From IMG/VR virus record IMGVR_UViG_3300008116_000021: 64,000 nt of DNA, one strand, 5' to 3'. The position numbers were made by a program, and so were the translations under genes. Under the pieces are notes generated by a model. That model had not been told where the DNA came from. It did no database searches and saw nothing but the letters and a program-made list of their open reading frames with translations. Below are positions 1 through 9,670 of the stretch, piece after piece (position 1 is the stretch's first letter; every line of letters starts with the position of its first letter). Origin of the DNA: an uncultured virus (IMG/VR IMGVR_UViG_3300008116_000021) (lineage: Duplodnaviria > Heunggongvirae > Uroviricota > Caudoviricetes).

Positions 1-528
1 ATATGGATCTTTATTTTTCTTTTCTTGGCGGATATAACGCATCTTCATAGGATCAATATATCTCAAATCCTGAATCCCTGCCTGAGGATTTTTGAGATCA
101 ATGACTTTTAGATAGTAAATTCTACCATCAATATACCAATTCCTAAAAATCTCATGGCACTTTCTATCAAAGTCCATGATTTCTTTTAGATACTTAAATT
201 CTTCTCTTATTTTTTTCTTTAATGATTCGCTCGCATTTAAATTAGAAAGCTCAATTTCAACTGGCGAATCATAAAGATCACTGACAAGGGCTTCATTGAC
301 AACATCTTCAATGGCGCCATCACACTCTGGGTGAAGAGCCATTTCTCTATATCTTTTAATTAAATCGTGTTCAGTTCGATAAACTCCTTCAATATCAACA
401 TATTGACCATAAAAACCACTAGCAATATAATTATCAAACCCGTCCTCATTGGTTTGAGGAACGGGCGATATTATTGAAGGAGATTTATTTTTATTATCAT
501 CAATAGAAAAACCAAAAAGTTTTGCCAT
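1..528 (-). CDS. g20: Portal vertex protein gp20 (5' part, runs off window)
   Basis: Hand translation from ATG at 528: MAKLFGFSIDD...LIKRYREMALHPECDGAIEDVVNEA...FRNWYIDGRIYY, typical T4-like gp20; follows g19. Confidence 0.95.
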   Translation of the reverse strand, partial: MAKLFGFSIDDNKNKSPSIISPVPQTNEDGFDNYIASGFYGQYVDIEGVYRTEHDLIKRYREMALHPECDGAIEDVVNEALVSDLYDSPVEIELSNLNASESLKKKIREEFKYLKEIMDFDRKCHEIFRNWYIDGRIYYLKVIDLKNPQAGIQDLRYIDPMKMRYIRQEKKNKDPY

Positions 529-559
529 AGTATAATCTTTTTGCCTGTTATTCTATTAT

Positions 560-1096
560 TTAGTTGATGTCTTCACCACCAGCATTTGCGCCAGTGCCCT
601 TAATTGCTTCCCACCATTGAACTTGAAGTTCTACGGTGAACTCTTCAATTCCTTGTCCATCATATGTGAGTTCAATAGGAGCAACCTGAAGTTGATAAAC
701 ATAAGCATCTGCTTGATAATCTGCTGGGTTTGTTAAACCAGTGTTATCAGAAACTCTGTTGATGACATTCATCCACTTTTCAAAAGCGGAACGAATTGCA
801 AAATCAGTGTCGTTGATAACGGTAACAGTCCAAGAATCAAATGTTCTGTCGCCTGCAATTTTTAATACTCTTCCTCTGAAAGGAACTTCAATTTGGGCAA
901 CGTTAGATGCTGGCAAGTTTGCACCTTTTACTAAGAATCTTGATTTATCAAGAACATCGGTGCTTGGTTGTGCAGCATCTGGGAAAGTGAGAACAACCTC
1001 AAAGAGATTAGAACGAGCTCCACCACCAGTTAACTTACTCTTGAAGTCAGTAATCTTTCTTAGTGGGGGTGGATTAATTTGATTTCTAGCTGGCAT
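560..1096 (-). CDS. g19: Tail tube protein gp19 (apparent internal deletion)
   Basis: GGGARSNLFEV, FRGRVLKIAGDRTFDSWTVTVINDTDF and IEEFTVELQVQWW motifs; between g18 and g20. Confidence 0.93.
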   Translation of the reverse strand: MPARNQINPPPLRKITDFKSKLTGGGARSNLFEVVLTFPDAAQPSTDVLDKSRFLVKGANLPASNVAQIEVPFRGRVLKIAGDRTFDSWTVTVINDTDFAIRSAFEKWMNVINRVSDNTGLTNPADYQADAYVYQLQVAPIELTYDGQGIEEFTVELQVQWWEAIKGTGANAGGEDIN

Positions 1097-1116
1097 GATT
1101 TTTAACCTCTAGTGAA

Positions 1117-3285
1117 TTAAACGGAACCGATTACTTCTTCAAAAGCAACACCAGTTCTGGTGGCAACGAAGGTAAGACCGATAAAGTTGATTGATCTTGC
1201 TGGTTTGATGTAAATATCAGCAACAAACTCATTTGCATCAATAACTGCTGCTGTGTTGTTTGTCTCATCACAAATGACAACATAATCAAAGATACCTCTC
1301 TTAGATTGAACATCGCGGAGGAATGGTTCAATGATATTTACAAAACTTGTTCTGGTGATTTCATCGTTGAACTCGAAGAGGAAATCTTTCGCAGCAGCGG
1401 AGATAGCATCTTCAAGGTAGATAAAGAGTCTACGAACGTTAATTCTATCAAATGCCGATGACTTAGCAAATCCAGTCTTATCACCAAATAGGATAATTCC
1501 AGCACCAGGTGAGAAGATGATTGGATTAATTCTGTTGGAATACAGAATGTCTCTCTGCTTTCTTCCTGGATTGTATGCAAGTTTAACTGCATTTAAGATT
1601 GCACCTCTTGAAGTTCCTGCTGGTGAGAACCAGGGGAACTGTTGAACATCAGTTCTTGCACAAGTTCCAGCAACATCACCATTCAATGGAACATAACGGA
1701 AAGTATTATTGAAGCGGTCATACATGTACTTATAACCACTATCAAAGACACCATAAGTTGTTGATGTTATTGGAGCATAGAAACTAATAACATTATCTGT
1801 AATAGTATCAATATTATTTACAGTTACAGTTCCAACAGCAGAATCATTCAAGAATGCCTGTCTGTATGGCGAGATAAAGGCAACAGAATCTTTTCTTGCC
1901 TCTGCAACAGCAATACACTTATTGGCAAGTGCTTGTGCTTGATCTTTTGGATAATTTGCAGATCCCATTAAGATGAAATCTACTTCATACTCTTCTGTAT
2001 TTTCAAAAATTGTTAATCCACTTACAATATCATCTAAGCTGGAATAAAGTGCTCCTGATGTTACTAGATCCGTTTTGCCACCATAATTTACACCACCAGC
2101 AAGAGTGTAGGTATTTGATCCAGATCCAGCGAAAATTACATTTTGAGCATCTTGATCCCAACCAGTGTCTGTGTTGAGTTCAAACTGGGCAACACCATTT
2201 CCACTGAAACCAGTAGTTACAACACCAACTGGTTGTGAACCACCAAAGACATATTGTGAATTTGTTTCAAGATACTTTCTCCAATATGATGGACTTCCTA
2301 CGGAAAACTCACCATCTTTTGCTTTTGAAAGGCTCAGGTGCTTTTCTAAGATTGTTCCAGCATTTCCAGTAATCGTTCCAAGATCATCGATTACTACGAC
2401 GTGAACTTCATCAAATCTTCCACCTCTACCAGCAACAAATGCTGAGGTTGATGGTTTGCTTGCAATTGCATCCCACTCTATGCTACCAACATTAAGAGTG
2501 ATGCTTTGCTGCTCGAACCAATCTAACTCTCCGGTATATGCTCTTGATGCAAATGAAGATGATTGACCATTTGTATGAATTGCAACTGTACCAGTGTTTG
2601 GTAGGGCATAGACACCATTTTGTTGATAGTCAACATTTACCATAGCGCCAGTATCTGTCACAACTCCCACTAATTTTGTGGAAATTTGACTAGATCCAAC
2701 TTCTGTAATAACTCCCTTATAATAACCACCTAATAGTGAAGTTATTCCTATTCCAGGAAGACTTGTTCCAGTAGGAATTGCAACTGTAAATCCATAACCA
2801 ACCTGAACATTAGTTGTGGTAACACCTGTTAAAATTTGATCTGCTTTAGCATCAATAATTGCAACTTTGATTCCATTTGCCCAAGTTCCAGGATTCTTTG
2901 CGGCAAAAGTAACATTTGTAATGGTGTTTTCATCATATCCAAGTTGAACATAATGCTCATTGCTTTTAATTTTTACGCTTGTTGCTGCGCCAACAAAAGC
3001 ATTTGTTAATTGCGAGTCATTTGCTCTCGCAACTCTCATCGTTCCACCATAAGCAAGATATGAGGATGCTACCATCCAGCTCTCATAATGCTTATCAGTA
3101 GAGTATGGTTGACCAAAAGTTTGATAGAGATCATTCTCATTCTCTATAAGTTGAGGAAGATCTACTGGTCCCTTTGCGAATGGTGCAACAAGTGCCGCAA
3201 CAGAACCAGAAACTGGATCTACCCTACCAATAGTTAGATCAACCTCTCTTACTACAATTCCAGGAGATGCTAAATTTAGAGGCAT
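1117..3285 (-). CDS. g18: Tail sheath protein gp18
   Basis: SPGIVVREVDLT start, PWFSPAG, SAFDRINVRRLF, IKPARSINFI. Confidence 0.97.
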   Translation of the reverse strand: MPLNLASPGIVVREVDLTIGRVDPVSGSVAALVAPFAKGPVDLPQLIENENDLYQTFGQPYSTDKHYESWMVASSYLAYGGTMRVARANDSQLTNAFVGAATSVKIKSNEHYVQLGYDENTITNVTFAAKNPGTWANGIKVAIIDAKADQILTGVTTTNVQVGYGFTVAIPTGTSLPGIGITSLLGGYYKGVITEVGSSQISTKLVGVVTDTGAMVNVDYQQNGVYALPNTGTVAIHTNGQSSSFASRAYTGELDWFEQQSITLNVGSIEWDAIASKPSTSAFVAGRGGRFDEVHVVVIDDLGTITGNAGTILEKHLSLSKAKDGEFSVGSPSYWRKYLETNSQYVFGGSQPVGVVTTGFSGNGVAQFELNTDTGWDQDAQNVIFAGSGSNTYTLAGGVNYGGKTDLVTSGALYSSLDDIVSGLTIFENTEEYEVDFILMGSANYPKDQAQALANKCIAVAEARKDSVAFISPYRQAFLNDSAVGTVTVNNIDTITDNVISFYAPITSTTYGVFDSGYKYMYDRFNNTFRYVPLNGDVAGTCARTDVQQFPWFSPAGTSRGAILNAVKLAYNPGRKQRDILYSNRINPIIFSPGAGIILFGDKTGFAKSSAFDRINVRRLFIYLEDAISAAAKDFLFEFNDEITRTSFVNIIEPFLRDVQSKRGIFDYVVICDETNNTAAVIDANEFVADIYIKPARSINFIGLTFVATRTGVAFEEVIGSV

Positions 3286-3319
3286 CTTTTATTCTCCGTT
3301 TCCAGAATTAATCTGAAAA

Positions 3320-3326
3320 TATTTAT
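3320..3326 (-). promoter_or_regulatory. T4-type late promoter (ATAAATA) upstream of g18
   Basis: TATTTAT on + strand about 35 nt upstream of the g18 start. Confidence 0.7.
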
Positions 3327-3368
3327 GAAAAAGACTACTTTCATTGGGGAAACAATCAATGAACACAT

Positions 3369-3620
3369 TTACCAGTCAGGATATTCCCACTCAACTACTT
3401 TTAAAGTACCTTTTCTATTAGATATAACTCTTCTCTTCGTGCATTCTTTACACTCATAAGCGTATGCAGAAGGGAAAGCACCTCTACCCTTTCGAGTTAG
3501 GTAAAAGTCATCTATCAAACTTTTTGTTTCACCACAAATCCTACAAGTTCTTTCTAGAAACAATAAGTGTTGAGTGTTAATCTGATCATCAATATCAAAG
3601 TCCATTAAAGATAATCCCAC
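3369..3620 (-). CDS. Small Zn-binding protein (CxxC...CxxC), cyanophage hypothetical; start probably MDFDID at 3605
   Basis: RTCRICGETK and YECKECT; abuts the g17 stop. Confidence 0.65.
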   Translation of the reverse strand: MGLSLMDFDIDDQINTQHLLFLERTCRICGETKSLIDDFYLTRKGRGAFPSAYAYECKECTKRRVISNRKGTLKVVEWEYPDW

Positions 3621-5296
3621 ATATATGAACGATCTCCATATTCATCTAAGTGCCATCTATCTCCATCATTATCAACAAAACTCGTCATATCATTTATACC
3701 ATCTAAGATAAATCCAAATGGTGCCATATCTTGATCTATTTGATTTTTTTGCTCTTCATAGATTCTCTTACGGACATCATTATCCGTCATTTCTTTGAAG
3801 TATGGTTGTGCAACTAACCAAGAGAAAATAACAAGACACATTGCCAAATCATCATTACAACCTTCTTCTGCCTCAAAGGAATTATGCTTCTGTGCAAATG
3901 TTGTTAATTCTGATATAATGTCATAATCAACAGTCAATAATTTATCATCCTCCAACAAAGTTTTTAAGTTAGAGCATCCAAGTTTTTTAACAGCAGCAGT
4001 CATTCTCACACCAAGTTGAGATTTCTTTCCACTAAATCCAGACCCAACCAACTGTCCAGCACGACCACGCATTGCACACATTAAAACATTATCATACTCC
4101 AAATCAAAATGTAGGATATTTGCCACCTGATCACCAATATCATTAACTTCAACTAACAACCAAGAATTATTATATCCTCTTGCCACTTCGTAAATGATAC
4201 TTGGAAACAACATTGGTTTAATTTCATTGTTTCTGTATTTTGCTACAATCTTATATGGAAAATTTGTAATATCAAAAACGACGAACGCCGAGTAATCATT
4301 ACCAAGACCACGAGCAACATCAACAGTCATTAAGTAACTGTGTTCCTCTATTGGATTCTCGTAAATATCCAATCCTGCATTTCTTTTGATTGGATCATCA
4401 TAAGATAGATTTCTTAATTTTGCTGGATTAATCAGGGTGTTGATAGATCCTAAGAATTCACATTCAAACTCAACTTTGAACTGTTGTTCAGATGTGTTTG
4501 CAATTGTTTGCTCTTTCCAGGCAGCATCTCTACCAGGAACTTCCGACCAATGCACATCAGTAGGAACATATTCATTTCTACCTTTTTCGGCATCGTGCCA
4601 CATACGGTAGAAATGATTCATACCACGTGGCGTGGATACGATAATTACCTTCGTGCTTTGTCCAGAAGAAATAGTAGGATAAACAGAGGCAAAGAAGTCA
4701 TCAGCAATGTGATTCGGGATGAAAGCGAACTCGTCAAGAAAGATGACATTATAGGATTTCGGGATGAAAGCGAACTCGTCAAGAAAGATGACATTATAGG
4801 ATCCGCCTCGGACAGCAGATGACGAAGTAGAGTTAGATGAAATTTTGGAGCCATTTTCTAATTCTAAAGATCCTTTGTTCCATGATATAATACCTTGTTG
4901 CATCCACTTAGGTAAATTTTCATAAGCAAGTTGTAATCTTTGAAGTAGATCTCTTGCCGTGGATGCTTTGTTTGCTAGAATAGCTATATTAACATTGTCG
5001 TTGAATACAGCATAATGTAACAAATATGAAACACAAGTCGTAGATTTACCTGTCTGACGAGGCATCTTACAGATATTAAATCTATTCTCGTGGAAGTTCT
5101 TTACAAGTTTCTCTTGAAATGGATACATCTCAAAAGGAACCAGACCGTGATCCAGAGAAACGATCTTAATATAATTCTTTGCGAAATATACAGGGTCTTC
5201 TTTACATTTTAAGAACTCAATAATCTGTTCTTCTGTAAATTCAATTTGTGTATTTGCTTTTTTTAAATTCGGATTACCAAGATAAACTTCACTCAT
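3605..5296 (-). CDS. g17: Terminase large subunit gp17
   Basis: YLGNPNLKKA start, Walker A PRQTGKST, Walker B IFLDEFAF (present twice), VSTPRG, nuclease DVARG and NDDLAM. Confidence 0.97.
   Translation of the reverse strand: MSEVYLGNPNLKKANTQIEFTEEQIIEFLKCKEDPVYFAKNYIKIVSLDHGLVPFEMYPFQEKLVKNFHENRFNICKMPRQTGKSTTCVSYLLHYAVFNDNVNIAILANKASTARDLLQRLQLAYENLPKWMQQGIISWNKGSLELENGSKISSNSTSSSAVRGGSYNVIFLDEFAFIPKSYNVIFLDEFAFIPNHIADDFFASVYPTISSGQSTKVIIVSTPRGMNHFYRMWHDAEKGRNEYVPTDVHWSEVPGRDAAWKEQTIANTSEQQFKVEFECEFLGSINTLINPAKLRNLSYDDPIKRNAGLDIYENPIEEHSYLMTVDVARGLGNDYSAFVVFDITNFPYKIVAKYRNNEIKPMLFPSIIYEVARGYNNSWLLVEVNDIGDQVANILHFDLEYDNVLMCAMRGRAGQLVGSGFSGKKSQLGVRMTAAVKKLGCSNLKTLLEDDKLLTVDYDIISELTTFAQKHNSFEAEEGCNDDLAMCLVIFSWLVAQPYFKEMTDNDVRKRIYEEQKNQIDQDMAPFGFILDGINDMTSFVDNDGDRWHLDEYGDRSYMWDYL
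4713..4802. repeat. Exact 45-bp tandem duplication inside g17
   Basis: ttcgggatgaaagcgaactcgtcaagaaagatgacattataggat at 4713-4757 and 4758-4802. Confidence 0.95.
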
Positions 5297-5301
5297 AAAA
5301 A

Positions 5302-6576
5302 TTACCTCTGTTCAATCCAGTTCAGAACCGCAAGTGCTGCTTTGTTAGTATTAGGACTTGCACAAACAAGAGTATAAGTATCACTGATTGTTCCAATACC
5401 ACTTCTACCCAACTGAAGTGCTGCTTTAACATCAAGATCAACTAATGACCCACCACCAGCAATCACAAAACCACTCAAAAGATCAGTTCCACCAGATACT
5501 GCTGTTTGAGTTATATTATACTGCATAAAGGAGTTTGGATCTGGATGATCTACCCAAGTCCCCCCAGTCAGTGTTGCATTCTCAAGAAGTTTCCAATACA
5601 CATTCGTATTATCATTGGTTGCTGCCTGTAATGATCTCAAAAGCATCACACCAGTTAGGTTATTAGATTTGAGACGAAGACTTATAATTGGATAAAATGT
5701 ATTTGCCGCTGCCATCGTTGTCCCTGTGATGGGATTTGATATACTCAAAAGAGTTCCAAGTTTTTCTGGTTCTCCTTCCTGAATCAGAGAATTAGAACCC
5801 TGATACATGTAATGAGTTCCTGCAACACCAGTTACATTTTCTATCTCAAGTCTGATTGGTAAGAATGGAGTAGAACACCACACTCCTGGATTTGTATTTG
5901 AGTTCTCAAAAGTATGAGATACAACAGTCTCATTCTTCATCAACCAAGCAAATTGTACTATACCTGCACCATACCATTCATAATTGATGGAAATCATTTG
6001 TTGTTTTGTTGGATCTGCGGTCACTCCAGTCCAACCATTTCCATCAAACTTCTCACCATTCCAATCATCTCTGTATACTCTGGTTTCTGTAGTAATTCCA
6101 GTTACACTACTGCGAATTACATAAGAATATGTTCCTCCATTATCCTCAAAGAATGCACCATTATAATCATCAAACAATCCAAATCTTCTGCGAATACCTA
6201 CCTGTGGAGTATCAAGACGAATCGCAAATGCAAGAGTTGCACTTCTACCAGGAATGTATCTCATCACATTCTTGGTTTGACGAATAACTTTACTACCAGC
6301 AGTAGAACCAACTTGCATCACAATATTACTGGAATTTGCATTAAATGTTGCAGTTCCTACTCCAACTACTCTTTCATCCCATACATCAGTCTCTTTACCG
6401 TACTGAAAAGTGTTAAAGAATACTGTTTGATACGGAGCAACTTTGAGACGATTGTTGTTAGAAAACTGAGGTCTCCAGTCTGTCTGGTTTCCCCAATGAT
6501 CTGCGATATTAAAAACCTCAAAGAGACTTCTCTCTTGATCTAAGAAGTCTTGTGTTTTCTTATTCCACTGTGCCAT
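5302..6576 (-). CDS. Hypothetical beta-rich protein, possibly virion-associated
   Basis: 424-aa ORF tightly packed in the late module between g16 and g17. Confidence 0.6.
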   Translation of the reverse strand: MAQWNKKTQDFLDQERSLFEVFNIADHWGNQTDWRPQFSNNNRLKVAPYQTVFFNTFQYGKETDVWDERVVGVGTATFNANSSNIVMQVGSTAGSKVIRQTKNVMRYIPGRSATLAFAIRLDTPQVGIRRRFGLFDDYNGAFFEDNGGTYSYVIRSSVTGITTETRVYRDDWNGEKFDGNGWTGVTADPTKQQMISINYEWYGAGIVQFAWLMKNETVVSHTFENSNTNPGVWCSTPFLPIRLEIENVTGVAGTHYMYQGSNSLIQEGEPEKLGTLLSISNPITGTTMAAANTFYPIISLRLKSNNLTGVMLLRSLQAATNDNTNVYWKLLENATLTGGTWVDHPDPNSFMQYNITQTAVSGGTDLLSGFVIAGGGSLVDLDVKAALQLGRSGIGTISDTYTLVCASPNTNKAALAVLNWIEQR

Positions 6577-6578
6577 AA

Positions 6579-6893
6579 TTAATCAGTCCAAGTTAGTCTT
6601 TCTGGTTGATATCTTTGTGAATTTTTGATTCTTAAAGAACTTTGAGCTTGTGATGGATAAATGTTATGGACGATTGCTCCAGGATATTCACCCTGAAGTT
6701 GTTCTGCAAGAGCATTCTTATCCATCATAGAACCTTCTACTTCAATGCGATATAGTTTTCCTTCCCAAACTACATCAGCAAGGAAAGATTCTGTTGCTTG
6801 CTCTGGTTGAGATCCACCATTCATATAGAGATTTCCATTGAAATCTCCGGCGATATTGATGCTTTCTGATAAGAATTGTTGAAAAGATTTCAT
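6579..6893 (-). CDS. Putative internal head protein with capsid-targeting-like N-terminus
   Basis: Starts MKSFQQFLSE, resembling the T4 internal-protein signal MKTYQEFIAE. Confidence 0.55.
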   Translation of the reverse strand: MKSFQQFLSESINIAGDFNGNLYMNGGSQPEQATESFLADVVWEGKLYRIEVEGSMMDKNALAEQLQGEYPGAIVHNIYPSQAQSSLRIKNSQRYQPERLTWTD

Positions 6894-6894
6894 T

Positions 6895-8388
6895 TTAGTT
6901 ACAGTTCCAACGACGAAGGGCTTTGTTGATGTTTGAATCTGAATCTCTTGCGGTTTCTGCAGAAGTAAGTTTCTCTTTCATTCCACTCATTCTACGGCAA
7001 AATGAAGCACGACGTTTTGCTCTTTTACCTTTTGGTTTCTTTTCGGTTACTGCGGTCTGAAGTTTTGAACCTGGATTCTCGCGGCGGTATGCTTTTACAG
7101 CTTTCTGACTGAGACCATCAGTTTTATCTTTACGATTAACTGATTGCCAATCTTCTGAAAGTTCTTCTCTCCAATTTGAGTATTCTTCTTTTACGCAATT
7201 TGGAACAATTTTTGGTCCTTTCTTTTTCATTCCAACTTGCTTGTATCCTTTCCAACAATCTTCGTCAACAACTGGTTGCATATGATTTGGTCCAACAATA
7301 TCAATTACCTGTGCAAAAGTATTTCCGTTTGCATCTTCAATTGTTGTTGATTCATCAACTTTACCTTGTCCACTATCTAAGTAATCTGCGGCGGTATCAA
7401 TATAATCTGCTGCTTTAGTGATCTTTGATTGTACCCATGCCTCAAGACTACCTTCACCTTTACCAACTTTTTTCTTCAATCTCTTTGCTGCTGAAATAAT
7501 TGTTGAAAGTTCTGAACGAGCCATGGAATACTCATGGTCTTTTTCTTCATTAGCAGGATGAACCTGAGCAATACTAAATTTCATTTGGTTATCTGTTAAA
7601 CCTTGTGCTGGTTGTGAATATGCTTCCCAGAACTTAGAACCATACTTGCATTCGGACTGCATCTCGTTCTTTTTACATCCTGGGCAATATCTAACCATCT
7701 CAACTGACTCTGATTTATTGCCCCAATTTGCAGCGCCAACTTTACGACATTTGACAAGTGCTCCTGATGCATATGCACTTGGCCAAACACTATATCTCGA
7801 CTTTACCTTGTTGTAGCAGGCATCTTTTTTTGCCTTCTTTTCTGCTTCTTGCAACTCAAGTTCTTCTTTCATTTTTTTCTTTGGTTTATCGGTCGAAACA
7901 TAAGTTGGTTTTGCGGCACCAGATTTTTGTTGTTGACCTGGATCTGCTGATTTTTTTCTTCTTGCTGCCGAAAGTCTTTCTGCTTTTGACATGCTTGCTC
8001 TTTTTGCTGATGAAACGCATTTAGGAGTTCCTTCTTCCGGTTCATCACTTGCACATGTCCCACCAGTCACAACATTTACCCAACCTGGTTTTCCATCTTT
8101 TGATTTAGATTTGCCAAACCAATCACGAAGACCCTCCTCATTCATCTTTACATCTTTAAATTTTTTATGTTCTTTTTTTGCGGATGCTTCCATTTTTTTT
8201 AAACGAGTGTAATAATCTGGAATTTCATCTAAATGTTGAAGGGCAATATCTTTTGCAAGTTCATGATCTTTAGTATGTTCGTGCTCAATTGGTTCTCCCA
8301 TATCCAGTTGCTTTTGAATGAAAGAAACATCAAGACGATGCTTCTTTGCAATCTGCTCAACTGTTTTGTGAGACTTTAATTTATGCAC
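6895..8388 (-). CDS. Modular Lys-rich putative internal head (poly)protein
   Basis: Basic modules (IEHEHT...DYYTRL, DACYNKVK...SAYASG, CWKGYKQVG...VPNCV, RASFCRRM...ALRRWNC) separated by Glu-rich linkers. Confidence 0.6.
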   Translation of the reverse strand: MHKLKSHKTVEQIAKKHRLDVSFIQKQLDMGEPIEHEHTKDHELAKDIALQHLDEIPDYYTRLKKMEASAKKEHKKFKDVKMNEEGLRDWFGKSKSKDGKPGWVNVVTGGTCASDEPEEGTPKCVSSAKRASMSKAERLSAARRKKSADPGQQQKSGAAKPTYVSTDKPKKKMKEELELQEAEKKAKKDACYNKVKSRYSVWPSAYASGALVKCRKVGAANWGNKSESVEMVRYCPGCKKNEMQSECKYGSKFWEAYSQPAQGLTDNQMKFSIAQVHPANEEKDHEYSMARSELSTIISAAKRLKKKVGKGEGSLEAWVQSKITKAADYIDTAADYLDSGQGKVDESTTIEDANGNTFAQVIDIVGPNHMQPVVDEDCWKGYKQVGMKKKGPKIVPNCVKEEYSNWREELSEDWQSVNRKDKTDGLSQKAVKAYRRENPGSKLQTAVTEKKPKGKRAKRRASFCRRMSGMKEKLTSAETARDSDSNINKALRRWNCN

Positions 8389-8401
8389 AATATTAATCGA
8401 A

Positions 8402-8818
8402 TTACTCTTTATTATTTAGAAAACCTTGTTTGAGTAGTTTTGATAACTCTGCAGTTGATCCAACAAACAATGCATTGTTAGTAACATTGTTGGTAGTCTT
8501 TGGAGAATCTTCTTCAACTTCCTTCAGTTTTTTCTGAAGATCAATCAATTTATCTGTAGTATCAGCGACATTTTTGATAAGTTGTCCCGCAACTTCATAT
8601 GCTCTAGGACTACCACCCTCACCAGCAAGTTCCATTATACCATTGATAGCTTCTTGACCTTTTTCGATCAAAGAATATAAATTGGCACGAGTATACTCAT
8701 AATCTTTTTGTATATCATTATTAGTGTGGGATACATTTGCAATACTAGTATCCTCTGCTTTTACAATCTCAGTTTCTACATTCAGGGATTGACTGATTTT
8801 ATCAAAAGTGTCACTCAT
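8402..8818 (-). CDS. g16: Terminase small subunit gp16
   Basis: DYEYTRANL, SPRAYEVAGQLIK, NNALFVGSTAEL. Confidence 0.95.
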   Translation of the reverse strand: MSDTFDKISQSLNVETEIVKAEDTSIANVSHTNNDIQKDYEYTRANLYSLIEKGQEAINGIMELAGEGGSPRAYEVAGQLIKNVADTTDKLIDLQKKLKEVEEDSPKTTNNVTNNALFVGSTAELSKLLKQGFLNNKE

Positions 8819-8827
8819 AACAATTCC

Positions 8828-9670
8828 TTAAATATCCGTCTGCAATGTTGGGCTATAAGTCTTCGAATCTGTAAAATCTTGCCATTCTTCATTAAATCCA
8901 AAATCATCATCTGGTTCTACAAATGGGTCATCTGCTGGAGTAATTTGCCCATCATTATTATAATCTTTAAGTGCTTTTGGTGTTGCTGTATATCTTACTT
9001 CTCTCTTTGCACTTGCAATATTTGTACTCGTTGCCATATCGACTTGGACTTTTTTGATAAGTCCTTCCGCAGTTTCTGCAATAGCTCCAAACAAATATGT
9101 TTTTGCGGTAAATTGTAATGTATAAATTATTGCTCTTCTAGTCGAAAAATCTCCTTCATAATCATCTTGGAAACTAATGCTATCTAAGATAATAGGAATA
9201 TCTCTTTTTTCTCCAATAGCATCGACAAGATCTATTGTAATTGTAAATGATGGTTGAAAGTATGGTAGTATCTGCTCAATTATTTGTAAAACATCATCAT
9301 TTAATTTTGCTAGAATATTTAATTCAAATCCAATATTGTATGGCACGGGCATAAAAACTTTTTTAAGAGTTTGCCCATCAACAGCTTTAAATGTTTGAGT
9401 TACAGAAGTTTTTCTAGTTGCATCATATGTAATACTATTGTGCTCAAATGACATTCTTGGTAATGTTATTTGATATGGTCTATTTAAATCTTTTTGTTCT
9501 GTAATTCTTGCTAAGAACTTTTGGGCTGGACCATAATTCAATGGAACTCTAAGTTCACTTAAAACATTTGAATTTTCATCTTTATGCTTGATATGAATAT
9601 CGTTAAACAGCGTACCGAATCCAATTATAGTTTTTCTAATGATTTCGTGATAAAAATAATTCCCTAACAT
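8828..9670 (-). CDS. g15: Tail sheath stabilizer/terminator gp15
   Basis: YFYHEIIRK, LPRMSFE, QIIEQILPYFQP. Confidence 0.95.
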   Translation of the reverse strand: MLGNYFYHEIIRKTIIGFGTLFNDIHIKHKDENSNVLSELRVPLNYGPAQKFLARITEQKDLNRPYQITLPRMSFEHNSITYDATRKTSVTQTFKAVDGQTLKKVFMPVPYNIGFELNILAKLNDDVLQIIEQILPYFQPSFTITIDLVDAIGEKRDIPIILDSISFQDDYEGDFSTRRAIIYTLQFTAKTYLFGAIAETAEGLIKKVQVDMATSTNIASAKREVRYTATPKALKDYNNDGQITPADDPFVEPDDDFGFNEEWQDFTDSKTYSPTLQTDI

